Shown: positions 52,667 through 64,000 of the stretch, in pieces | Layout: each line of letters begins with the position of its first letter | How positions within the stretch are numbered: the stretch's first letter is position 1 | Source: Tubiluchus corallicola | Lineage: Eukaryota > Animalia > Priapulida | Reading direction: 5' to 3' | NCBI GenBank assembly: GCA_030141605.1 | Contig: JAQGDQ010000010.1 | Coordinates: forward strand, 1,488,001-1,552,000 | Length of the DNA: 64,000 nt | Notes under the pieces: model-generated | Told to the model about the DNA's origin: nothing | Seen by the model: only the letters and a program-made list of their open reading frames with translations | The model's database searches: none | Made by a program: the position numbers and the translations under genes

Positions 52667-52928
52667 CAAATTAGTGAGAAGATCCACGACTCCAGCTGGA
52701 TTTGACTGGAGTGATGAGCCACTAGGTGGATCCATTCGACGAGTTGTTGGTTCTCGTACGAAAGGTCCATCGCGATCTGATGATCGACTAGCATGTCCTA
52801 GAGGTGAACGAGATCGTGACCGTTCCGGGGGTACACGATGACGACGTTCATATGGATCGTCATATGGAGGAACTCTACGACCATATGGTTTTTCTTCACC
52901 ACCATATCTATCAGAAATTGGGTCTAGC
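52667..52928 (-). CDS. Zinc-finger protein coding exon 6 (R/D/P/Y-rich, RSRSRSP)
   Basis: LDPISDRYGGEEKPYGRRVPPYDDPYERRHRVPPERSRSRSP...VVDLLTNL; TTTTACAG / GTATGC; phase 2-0. Confidence 0.88.
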
Positions 52929-53499
52929 CTGTAAAAATATGCCATAAACGATACCTTAACACGTGAAAACCTCAGAAAAATCTGAGAAATCTTAATATCT
53001 AGCACGTATGACTGAGACTTCTTACACTTTCTATAAGACATGCTGGAAAATCTCCTTGAGGAAAAACAAACATTCTGATTTTCTTTCACTATATCTACCA
53101 GTATAAACTTCCTATTTTCTGATACTGAAAAAACACAAACAGAACCACAAATTTTAGGTCCTATTAAACCAGAAATAACAGGTGACTTGTCCATATTATG
53201 CAGAAATACCTACCAACATTCTGCAGAACACTCTTACCCATATATGACTCTCAGACAAAACAAACTAATGACAGTCACTTTTGACTGCTAAATAAGTAAC
53301 TCTGCGTGCACTCCCTACAGTCCACAATCATGGACTGCATATATCGACGACAACTTTGATTTTGATTTCTTCCAACCACAATGCCTCTTAAACACTGTTT
53401 ACAGTGACAAGCACAGATTGCAGATATGTGACATCTGCAATCCAGCTCATAACAAAAGTACTAAGAGAGAACTAAACTTCATGAGATTGTTAAAAATAC

Positions 53500-53580
53500 C
53501 TTCTAGGTAGCAGTCTTGGGAGAGATTCTGTGCCTCGCTCATACCGACTGTAGGGCCATGTATCCTCTTGAATGCCATAC
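53500..53580 (-). CDS. Zinc-finger protein coding exon 5
   Basis: YGIQEDTWPYSRYERGTESLPRLLPR; TTTTTTTAG / GTATTT; 81 nt, symmetric phase 2-2. Confidence 0.72.
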
Positions 53581-53885
53581 CTAAAAAAACTCCATTAGCA
53601 AATCTGTTGGCAAAATATAGGTGAAATAGGTTTATAAAACACTTATAAGTGAATTAGACTACAGCTTGACAAGGCAGAAACAAAAGGGGAAGCAGTGGTG
53701 GTCAAAAACGCAAAGTACTTTTATTACAACATTCCATCATTGGTTCAAAATAGCCCATTTCAAGAGCCACTTTCCCTTCTTTGCAATATGTAGGAATCTG
53801 CTACAGATTTTCTTTAATAAATTTTAAACTATTCTTTAATATAATTTTAGACAGAAGAAATGTTACATTTATAGACGATAGTTAC

Positions 53886-54051
53886 CCATCATTTGGTGGA
53901 TAATCTCGATGAGGTCGTCTCTGTCCATATGGATCGTAAGGGACGGGTCTGTCGTAATACGGATCTCGAGGCACTCTTCTCATTAAGTCTTGTCTTTCCT
54001 GGACACTGCTGTGTCCATAATCTCGCACTTCACCAAACGTACTCGCAGGGC
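53886..54051 (-). CDS. Zinc-finger protein coding exon 4
   Basis: PASTFGEVRDYGHSSVQERQDLMRRVPRDPYYDRPVPYDPYGQRRPHRDYPPND; phase 1-2. Confidence 0.83.
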
Positions 54052-54720
54052 CTATACACGCAGAGCAAATATGTTAAAGGGCACTCCAAATGATGTTTTT
54101 GAATAAAACTTCAGTGTTAGTTTCTTAAATTACTCTAATTCAATTAACAACAGTCAGAAAGCATAGTCACATTTCAGAGTATTGCTGGCAGCACTCCAGC
54201 TGCTTTACAAACCATTCCTGCCAAAGTAGGATATTTTTATAATGAGAACTCTGACATCAACTAAAGGTCAAATTACAAGGGTAACAACGAGTGAGCTTAC
54301 CTTTAGAATCCCGCATTTGACCAAACATTTTCTGAGTTACAGCTCTGACTTCATCTATAAAAGCAATTTGCTCTTTCTTAAATGATATGAAAAACTGTTA
54401 TGCCATTGCTAAAATTAGAAGAGGCAAATGCTCAACTGAGATGAAAGTGATTAGGACAATGACGTGATTTTCCTTTTTAAAATTAAGCCCCATGCTTTGT
54501 GTACACTAAAAGTTTTCCAGAGCAGTTTTACATACATTCTACATGAATATAATATCAAATTTCAAATAACTACTGTACGTTAGAATGGTGACAGTGTAGC
54601 AACAATGAAAATAATAAAACCACACCGTATGCAATAAGACACTTAGCGTGAAACTTTCGACTGAAAAATGTGCCCACTGTGTTTTTGCAATGAAAATACA
54701 GATTTAACCTATTTTCCTAC

Positions 54721-54976
54721 CTTCAATGGCTTTCCGGGATCCTAGTGGTAACTGATCATGCTGTTGTACTTGTCGGCGCATATTCGTATCTTTGGGCGTT
54801 TTTACAATTCCTGCATTAGCTGTCATGCTGGGAACCAATTCTACGATAACTCTGACCACTCCCTGTCCATCTTCTTGTTCCATTATCCTCGCAAATGCCT
54901 CGGCAGCAGCAGTCTGTTCTGATTTCTTGTTTCCGGCCGATTTCATCTGAGTGTACAAATCTGGTCTGAGGGTTTT
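54721..54976 (-). CDS. Zinc-finger protein coding exon 3
   Basis: KTLRPDLY...AEAFARIMEQEDGQGVVRVIVE...KAIE; TTGCAG / GTAGGA; phase 0-1. Confidence 0.85.
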
Positions 54977-56196
54977 CTGCAATAGTTAAAAGAAAAGAGT
55001 GATGCTAACACCCATGGCATCTCATACAATAATAAAATGCAAAAATGCACTTTGAAGACTAATTCTTATTTGATAATCTATTACTATAACGAAATGCAGA
55101 AATTCCATGTATGCCAGCCAACGCAGTGAAATAGTCAGCAAGAAAAAATATACACTTATCGCGACTTGCAACACTGAGCCACTGAGGTAGAAATTACACT
55201 AGTTTTTGGCCTTGCAAACAGGTGGTGGAATACAGTCTGAGCTACTTAGCGTAAAGTCTTGTATGCAGATGAGGTTAAGCGATTAGTCAACAAGAAAACG
55301 CTTATTACAGAAACTCGGGTCAGACTCAAATTTTAGGTAACAGTTTAGGAAACACTGCTTTCCAAATGTTAAGAAGCAGATGCGCAAATTTTCAAACCTA
55401 GTATTATTAAAAAAACTAGCATAGCTAGCAATCAAATTTCACAGTCTTGTATTATAATAAATTATGGTATGAAAGTTACAAATTTACAGCATAGTAGTAA
55501 GTTAATTAGTATTAAGTTTTAGTATTTAGTATATAGTATTAAGCTACAGTTAGTAGTTTAAGTTATGGCCGAAAAGCTCCCACGTTAAAGATTTATGCCA
55601 GAACAATGTCAGCTAATCATTAACTGAAAAACAGCCACTATGATGTATAAAGCGCTTAATACATGGAAGCAAAGCAATAAAGGAACAGATCAGGTTACAT
55701 CAAGGCCTTCACCACAAAACATACAGCATTGATAAAAAATTTGATTTTTTATTATCAAGAAGAAGATCTGGAATTCCTGGAAATAGGATGTACGACAGCT
55801 GCACAGAGCTGTCTGATGCAGAGGAAACGAAAGCAAAAATTTGTTGAGTGTTGGGACTAGTACCTCTTAAAGAAGTGTGAAGCTATGCCAGCTGTTACAA
55901 AAGTCATCTTAGTCTAATTTGCATTGAAAGTGATGGACACACAGAGGCACATAATTATGAGTACTTAATGTAAGTTTTAACAATTGTGACATACGAGATA
56001 CTTTCCAGCATTATTTTTTGGATTTGGTGATTTAAAACTTCTGTAACTTTGAAAAAATTTAAGGGAATGACCTAAAACTTTTCATGTTTATAAATCATTG
56101 CATGCACCACCATCAGTGTGGTAATTATCAAGCATTTTCGGTACGGTTTTCTTGTAACACCTGATATAAGTAAATATCCAAAGGCACTGAACTTAC

Positions 56197-56336
56197 TAAC
56201 GTATGCATACGGTGCTTCAAGCCAGTGACATGGGTGAGGATGGTACGAGGGTCACATTTAGCATCACATGCCTCACAATTGTACCGTGCCTCAACATCGG
56301 GATTTTTCTGCTGGTATTCTACTACATAATCCAAAC
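56197..56336 (-). CDS. Zinc-finger protein coding exon 2 (C2H2 matrin/U1-like finger)
   Basis: GLDYVVEYQQKNPDVEARYNCEACDAKCDPRTILTHVTGLKHRMHTL: C-x2-C...H-x5-H; CTGTAG / GTAAGT; phase 1-0. Confidence 0.9.
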
Positions 56337-57037
56337 CTACAGTAAGACAGAATCACTTGCACATAATTCTTGACATCAAATTAATGGCTAACAAAAATTT
56401 GTTTGTTATTATAACATATAACATATTCATCGTAGAAGGTTTATATACGTAGTAAGCATCATAAAATTTCATAAAGCTGTGTCATTAAAAAATTACAAAA
56501 ATTATGTGAAATGAAATCATTTTTTGCTTAAACACTTTAATAAGGAGTAGCAAATGCTTCCTGTGGCACAACAGCATGATCATGTATACCAGATAGCTGA
56601 TTCTAAACATTTAGGGGTGACTGGTAGTGTCACCATCCATTGTTTGTACAGCTAGATAATGATCACTAAATTAACAATTTTTAGTGCTGCACTGAGGATA
56701 ACAGCTAACAAAAATCATCAGCAAAATGCTGTAAGCTTTCTGACAACTTTAAGTTTGACGGTGATTATCTAACACATAGATAATTTCCATCAGAAAAGTA
56801 AAATATGTTGTTCCACATTCCCAGTTCATACCACGGACAACTGATCACAAAAATTGGACAACCACGAAGTATGCAAGGTTGTCTAGAAAACGAAAATCGG
56901 CGGAAAGAGAATATTTGTCAATATACTTGGAAACTGTTCAAAAACAATTTGTCAAGCTAACATCATTTTCCGATTAATGGAACAAATTCTAGCCTTTATG
57001 TGCTTCAAGGAAAAGAAATATCACTAGTATTGCATAC

Positions 57038-57146
57038 CAATGACAGGCTCATCCACATTAGCAAATTGCTCCATGATTCGAACCATCGATGCATCACCTT
57101 CTTCTTCATGAGATGAACGATCCCCAGGCACATTCGATGCAGCCAT
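57038..57146 (-). CDS. Zinc-finger protein, first identified coding exon
   Basis: GCCATGG start context; MAASNVPGDRSSHEEEGDASMVRIMEQFANVDEPVI(G). The acceptor at 57158 is open in frame, so upstream coding exons are possible. The eight exons sum to 1146 nt = 381 aa + stop. Confidence 0.8.
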
Positions 57147-58552
57147 GGCAGATGCAACTACAAAAATGCAAAACCAGTAAAGTAAAAATTGAATTCCTCC
57201 AAAAGATGTGAAATGGACAAAAACAAAGAAACGCTATAGAAAAAAGAATAAATAAAAAGGCTTCAACGCAAGTTTTTTTACTGCCTACATCTGTCGTCAC
57301 ACAACATCACCTATCTGTTTAATAAATCAATTTATTTCATTTCAAAGTATACAGCACTGTCGTGGAATTTAGCAATTATAAGGCCCACTAAATACAAAAA
57401 GCAGCTCAATAAAAGTCGGTTCACCTTTCTAAAATCTAAAATACTAAAATCTGCGCTACAATGAAATACCACAAAACAACCTGTTTGAGCTATAATCGGT
57501 GATAGGTTAAAGCAAGATTAACCGTTATGGCAGCTGGAAATTCAAACGTTTGTCTAACTGGAAAATAAATACTATTTACACCTAACACTGAATACTTGAT
57601 TTGCTTCTGTACTGTTCTAGTGCACAACATTCAACAACACAAACTATTCAAACATTTGTTTATAAAGTGTCTTAGCTGTATCTATTACAGTTGCACTATT
57701 ATTTATAGGAATTATGTTCACAACGTGCACATAATCAATCAGTACAATTTTTGTACAGTGATTATGATGTTAGGTCAGCCAATAACAATTAAGCTCATAT
57801 TTAAGTTTTTTAGTCAAAAAGACATGTGAGAAATGCCTTTTGCTAAACTTTGTTGCTGGATCATACCAAAAAATGGTATCAGCGGTACCACACTAAAGAA
57901 GCGAACCTTCTTGGACAAACTTTGTGGAGATATATCATTACTGTGCTGCTCCTTGTTCAGTATTTGATGTACTAGTTCTATGAGTGGTTGGGTTTAAAGC
58001 TAATGTACAACAGTATGGTAAACAGTTTACCGCACATTAAGACTGTTTGCCATCCTGTGGTACCAAGATTCACTCACACTTGAGAAGTCACATCATTCAT
58101 GGCAACTTTGAGATTATCATACAAACACAAAAAATGAATTTCGTTTGTAGTTCCAAAGAAATTTTAATGTCTGTCAGTATGCAAAAACTCACACAATAGT
58201 GGCTTGTTTCTAAACAGCCACTGTATCAATCAACACTATGTTAGGGAATATAGGAAATACAGTGTCAGGATCAGCACAGGACGTGATCAGGGCTTAGGTC
58301 GAGATCAGTTGTTTGGGACCAAAGTGCTGGACGCCGATTTGTGTTTGAGGTCAGGACTTATCGGGTTCAGGATGAACCCATATAAAATTATAATTATCAA
58401 TAGACAATATTAGAAAAAACAAAATTATTTGATTCTCTCTCTCTCAAACTTCCACCGGCTTATTTCTAACCTATTTGCAATTCAATAATTACAACATGAT
58501 ATTTGCCCAGCCGCTGTAAGTTTAAATGGTTTCATCTACAGTAGGCTGCAGC

Positions 58553-59990
58553 GATTGGCACATGAGGTGAGGGGGCAGACTGTCCCCCCCCGAAATTTTC
58601 GGGTTTCAAAAAATTTGGGCAAGATTGACGCCCAAATTCGGGCAGAACTGCCCTTTATATTTTCAGAAAATAGTTTTTTCAACTTCGAAATTGATCTTTT
58701 TTTCAGATATAAATCGGCATCGCCTTATTTTTTCCTGGAATTCAAATATGGCCCGAATCTTGAGAGAGTAATATTTATGCCATGCACCTGGATGCCCGAA
58801 TCTTAATCTCACAGGAGGCGTCGTCCGCGCCGACTCCCGGTCCCGGACCGGCAGTGAGAGTGGTCTGAAAAGGATTAGCATTCGCAATATTGAAAATATA
58901 CTAGTCGCTGGGTTCTCTGCAGGTCTCCGATTGTTTATAAAACTCTTATCCGTTCTTGTCTTCGGTGTGCATGCATTGACTGTTCGCCAGCGATTATCAG
59001 ATACAAATTCCCCATTATTTCATATTATTTACAAAATCCTGACTTTGTGCTTTCCGATTTCTGATCCTTTATCTATTTAGGATCTTGACTCACTGCCTGT
59101 ATTGTGTGCGCTCTTTGATTTTCCTTTGCTTAGTGCTGAAGGAGAACTGAAACGTTGAAGGAGTCGCAGTTATTTCAGAAACATCATAGATCTTTGCTGA
59201 AAGGGACACAAAAATCAAAATGTAGCCTTTTCTCGCTTATCGTTGATATTGTCAGTTCGCAGTTTTGCTTCATCAAGTCAGTTTGTCAAATTGCTTGGTT
59301 CAACACTTCTGTTTTTGACCTCAATGCGCAGATAGGGATATCTTGTCGAAGGATTCTTTCTTCTCGAATAGTTTTAAATTCATTGATTTTTGGTTTTTCG
59401 GAAGTGCTGTATTTGTCATAGCGCCCAATTCTAAACGTAAAAGATCATATTTTTCTGAGCTAAGTTGACCGACGTGAGAAAGTGGCAAGTGTCTGTGCAT
59501 AGCTGCATTCTTAATTCTTGCATCTTGCGTGGTGATTGCTGATTCGACATATTATGTAACCGATTCATATATCAGTCATGAAATATGGATAATTCCTCTT
59601 TACTGGTCCATTGCTCTGTCATCTCGGTCGTTCATTATTCACTGGAAGCAAACTGTTCTGTTCTGGAAGTTACCACCGCACTTCTGGATCTTAGGACACT
59701 GTTTATATCATAATCAATGACAATTTTTGAAACCTAATGATCCAGGTGCTTATGCCTAATCAAACAAGCACAGCTTATCAAGATATCTGGCCATATAGGT
59801 CATATCATGTGTTGTGCATTCTTATGTCATCAGAAATGACACCTTTTTGTATTCGCTATCTGGAACTTAGTAAGGTTGTACTTGTTGAAACGGGGGCCCT
59901 AAAAATCGGGTGAAATTCTAAGAATTCGGGCAAAGGATCCTCTGCCCCCCCCCCCCCAAAAAAAAAATTCAGGGACCCCATACGCCTATG
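58553..59990. mobile_element. Non-autonomous hAT-like DNA transposon
   Basis: 8-bp TSD GCTGCAGC (58545-58552) / GCTGCAGT (59991-59998); degenerate TIR GATTGGCACATG vs CATAGGCGTATG (8/12); subterminal AATTCGGGCA repeats and GGGGCAG/CTGCCCC motifs at both ends. Confidence 0.72.
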
Positions 59991-62099
59991 GCTGCAGTTA
60001 ACCCTATTTCACTTTGCTAAGTAAAGGTAATGCATTAATGGTAATCTCTGTTTTACGAAGTTAAAATAATTATTGTTAGAAAGAACTATGCATGTACGTA
60101 CAGAATTATTATTGATTAAGAAGCATTAGTTGCTTGGGCAGTTTAAGATAGGAAAGGAAAAGTTTAAAACGTTTACAAATTAAAACAAGTTTCTTACTGT
60201 CGCTTTGTAAACAGTTCACTAAGCTATTGTCAGAAGCATGTTTTACAAAATAATGTTGTCTATTTTGATGTACTATGTAGAAAAGCTCTACATGGTTTTA
60301 GATGTAGATTTATAAACAACAACCGTATTATTAGTCAAGCTGCATGTAAAGAAGCAAAATTGAGTTTACCTACTCAACACAACGTTGAATTATTGCTGTT
60401 CACTAGCTACGCTAGATACACTAGATAAACAACTACTTGCATATGCACATATGCTTTTGTAAATTTTATATGATATTTTCTGCACCTTTTAATTAGTTTT
60501 TAGCACTTTTCTTAATTTTACAATTTCATATCACTTAATTATTTTAGTTTAACTTGTGCATGTCTTTTTGTATAGCTTTTTTATGGACTTGGGGTCTGGC
60601 TTAAGGAATAAAATAAATAAATGCTGATACAAAAAAAGTTTTCATTAGTCAGTTTCATAGCTTGATATCTTTTCCATATTATTTTCGAACATTCTTGGCA
60701 AATTACTAGAACCACCATGGTGCAGCAAAAATTAGTCCACATCCAGATGGTTGAAAGCACTAGTCTTTTCTGTGTTTGCCACGATATATATATATATATT
60801 TACTATATTACATGTTAATCAACACTGAAAATATGCTGCTTCCTATAACAATTAAATTAGAATATTTCAAGCAATATTCAGGTACTAGTCTTTTTCGTCA
60901 GAAATTGTCAGTAAAACTTACAATTCATCATTGCACAATAAAATGTACGAAAACACAAAGTCTCTTAAAATCACCAAACTGACAAAACACCACTGTAGCC
61001 AAATAATATTACAACTCAGTAATAATTATAAAAAATGTTAGTGGAAAGGAATGCAATTTTCTAGAGTGGAAGAATGTCACCCGTGTTTTATTATTTCATA
61101 ATAACAGTGGTACAGTACCATAATAACATAATTAATTCACCAATACAGTACTGTAATAATAAACAATTTTCTGCATATCAGTTATTCCCATCATCACCTG
61201 TCCTGCCTAGAGTATTTGCAGTTGTTTTACATAAGTAGAACAGACAGAACATCTTCACCATTTTGATTCACTTTTAGTAAATACAAAAGTGTATGGCAAT
61301 AAACTTTACAGATTTGACAAGTCGTACGCTATTGTAATTAATATGGCAATTGCAAAAATTATAAATGCTCCACTGGGTGATACAAATAAAAAATGGTACC
61401 TGTTTTATAAGATTACAGTGATTTAAAAAACTCATTAGGGGTATCATTCTAATCCTTACTATTTAGCAGCTGTTGATTAACATCACGAGGATGAACGGAT
61501 GTGCTAAATTGATCTCGAGGCAGTGCTAAACTAATCACAATTTCCCTTTCAACCTACTAACAATATTTCAAGCAATATTCAGGAACTAGTACTAAAGTTA
61601 CTAAAGTTTTCAGGACACCTTCCTAATGTACAATAAAGAGTAACATTGGTGAATAGCAAAAGTAATGAATAGTCAGTTGATTTTTGAATTTCCGTCTCAT
61701 TCTACTGGCTATGCTGATTTTACGAAGCTATTATTAATAGAAAAAAATTCTCGATAATTTACGAATTTTTGAGCCTGCTTGCTAATATACTTCAATATGG
61801 CAAATACTGACAGCATGTTAATACTATTTAACAACCTTAGCACGCAGTATAATCAACCATATGGTTAACAGTTCACAAGTAAACAGAGAAAGCCAACTTT
61901 TAGCATAGCTGATCAAACAAATGATATCACTTCAATAAAAGGGTAACAGGATCAGAAGAAAATTCATACATTGAACAACGGGACCCATTACATGAAAATC
62001 GGCACAGTACGATTCCATATCAGCAGACATACAGAGCAAATATGTGTTTTAGCACTCCTCCTGGGCAGCTTAGAAAATCAATGGAAAGAACGAAACAGT

Positions 62100-62360
62100 A
62101 CTTGTACAGATAAAAAAGCATCTCTGGACAGAAAAATATGATGCACTTAAGATCACTGAAAAAGGCGTACAGTGACATGACATGTTGAAGGGAGAGATAA
62201 AACGTGCAAAATCAGGCAAAGCCAACTCCTGAACAAGTTCAAAAGGAAGTATCTACGAAAGCTCACTTAGTGTGTTGCTACTGATCTAAGACTAGTAAAA
62301 GGTTTCAACCTTTATGTCAACGATAAAAGTTGGTGACTAAATTGGGTTATACAAAGATGA
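62100..62360 (+). mobile_element. Very decayed RTE-like 3' remnant
   Basis: Frameshifted remnant resembling Q(W)HGHVEGRD near 62170-62200. Confidence 0.35.
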
Positions 62361-63429
62361 ATGGCAATTAAGGATCACAGCAGAAGCAACAGTATTTTTA
62401 TGCAAGACCCAACAGTTAACTTATACATGTAAACAAATAATGAAAATGAGGCAACGTTGAAATGGTGCAGAAAGCCAGCCTTTCAATTTTCCACGCAGTT
62501 TTCTGGCTATGTTTTAAACAAATAATAACCAAGCTAGCTTAGTATGATTGTATGAAGGTGAACCTAAAACCATTTCGTTTCTAGGACTGTAAACCAAATT
62601 TTACAACCTAATACGGATGTTTTCAGTAGCACTAATTGTTTATTTCTTACATGTGCAGGAAGAAGCACTTTATAATCACCCGCATTTTTTACATAAACGA
62701 ATATTTGTTGGAACAATGAAATAAAATATGAAATGAATGCTTCTACAGTTGTAGTTTTATGACTTACAAACTGTATTTAGTTAGTTCATACTGTATTGTG
62801 TGTGGCAAAGTAACAATCACTGTCATACTCTAGTACAGCATTTAAACCATTATAAAGGTATCAAATACAAAATACTGATCTTGAATCAAATTCAAATGCT
62901 TATAAAATTTGATTAAAATACTGTAATACAGCACACACAAATGTGAGTGTTAAAAATAGCATAAATATTTATTCTTATTTATCACTACCAAAAGAGCGAA
63001 TAAATAATGAAGTCCACCAGGATTGCAGCACGAGTTTAGTGAAGCCAAACTCTTGCCGACCTGGTGATATTGGAGAAACTCACCACCTCTCTGCTTCGTG
63101 ATAACATTCTGAAACACAAACGAAAAGGTTCTAGTAATAACTGACGAATGAAAATTTTTGATTTACAGTAATATAATTTATTATTTATACAACAAGTAAA
63201 AAATATGGTATAACAAAAAGAAAAAGAGAAACACAAATGGTGCCCGATCATTTTTATACCTCTAATATTAACTGAACCACAACTAGCAAAGCATAATAGG
63301 TCGCACCACCTTACCGCACTCACCTTGTTTATATTTCTGAGTTTTGGCCTTTCATGCAAATCCAATCCTGTATATTTTTTTTAAAATGCACTTCAAGTAC
63401 AACTAATTGCTTGAGAACTAATTTGCCCC

Positions 63430-63560
63430 AATGGGATAGAAAGACTGTTGTTGGAAGATACCATTGGCAAAAAGTGCACAAGAGGGAGACAACGAAGAAA
63501 ATAATCAACAGGTGCGACAGCTGGATAGAAACATATGCCGAATATGTGGGGATGCCAGAC
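63430..63560 (+). mobile_element. Decayed RTE-like C-terminal remnant
   Basis: LEDTIGKKCTRGRQRRK* resembles the RTE motif LEGxxxGKRxRGRQRxxW. Confidence 0.45.
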
Positions 63561-64000
63561 TGGAAATGTGATTACAAAATAAAAACAGTCTTCCTCCTAT
63601 GAAGATGACACTTAATGATGAAAGCACAAGAAACACAATCCCATTATCCCATCGGTGCAAAAAACAGGCTCTAGTCTGTGCTAGAGATTAAAGTGAGTAG
63701 CAGAAATCCTAATTTCCATATTTTGCACCTCTGAGTGATTTATCCAACATTGTTACTCCCTCCACTAATACAAAAAATTCACGTTAGTTAAAACTTCTTA
63801 GACAATAAAAGCTAAAATGTCTACTATCTGCTGAACTGACCTTTTGACCCAGGTTCCCTAATTACTATATTACGTATTCTTATGGATGTCCAACCCATAA
63901 GTTTTAGCAGCCCAGCTAAAGCACCGAAGTTCCTCAACAGCAGGAATAAATAAACAGTTTGTGTTTCAAGAAGATTCTTGCATAATTTTAATATTGACGA

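Noticed and set aside
63318-63370. Possible upstream exon of the zinc-finger gene (minus-strand AAG|GTGAGT)
   Set aside because: Good donor but a purine-rich acceptor, and adjacent to an RTE remnant; it cannot be linked without transcripts.

Overview
AT-rich animal (invertebrate-like) genomic DNA with GT-AG introns; the species cannot be determined from the window. In bases 1-36,000 I recognise no host coding exon: the region holds microsatellites, low-complexity tracts and decayed LINE/SINE/MITE pieces. The notable object there is a ~560 bp non-autonomous RTE-type retroelement (9826-10385). It begins at the scissile adenosine of a well-preserved twister ribozyme core and sits antisense inside an older dead reverse-transcriptase gene, with a 16-bp target-site duplication. 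The right half has three genes. (1) An intronless uronyl/heparan-sulfate 2-O-sulfotransferase-family ORF (36231-37283, +). (2) A complete CREB-family bZIP gene (+, six coding exons 42538-48325, ~322 aa) behind a promoter dense in CRE-like sites. (3) A convergent 8-coding-exon gene (-, 57146-50529, ~381 aa) encoding an uncharacterised C2H2/matrin-like zinc-finger protein with an R/D/P/Y-rich region. Exon models were assembled by eye from splice signals and frame continuity; no database search was possible.
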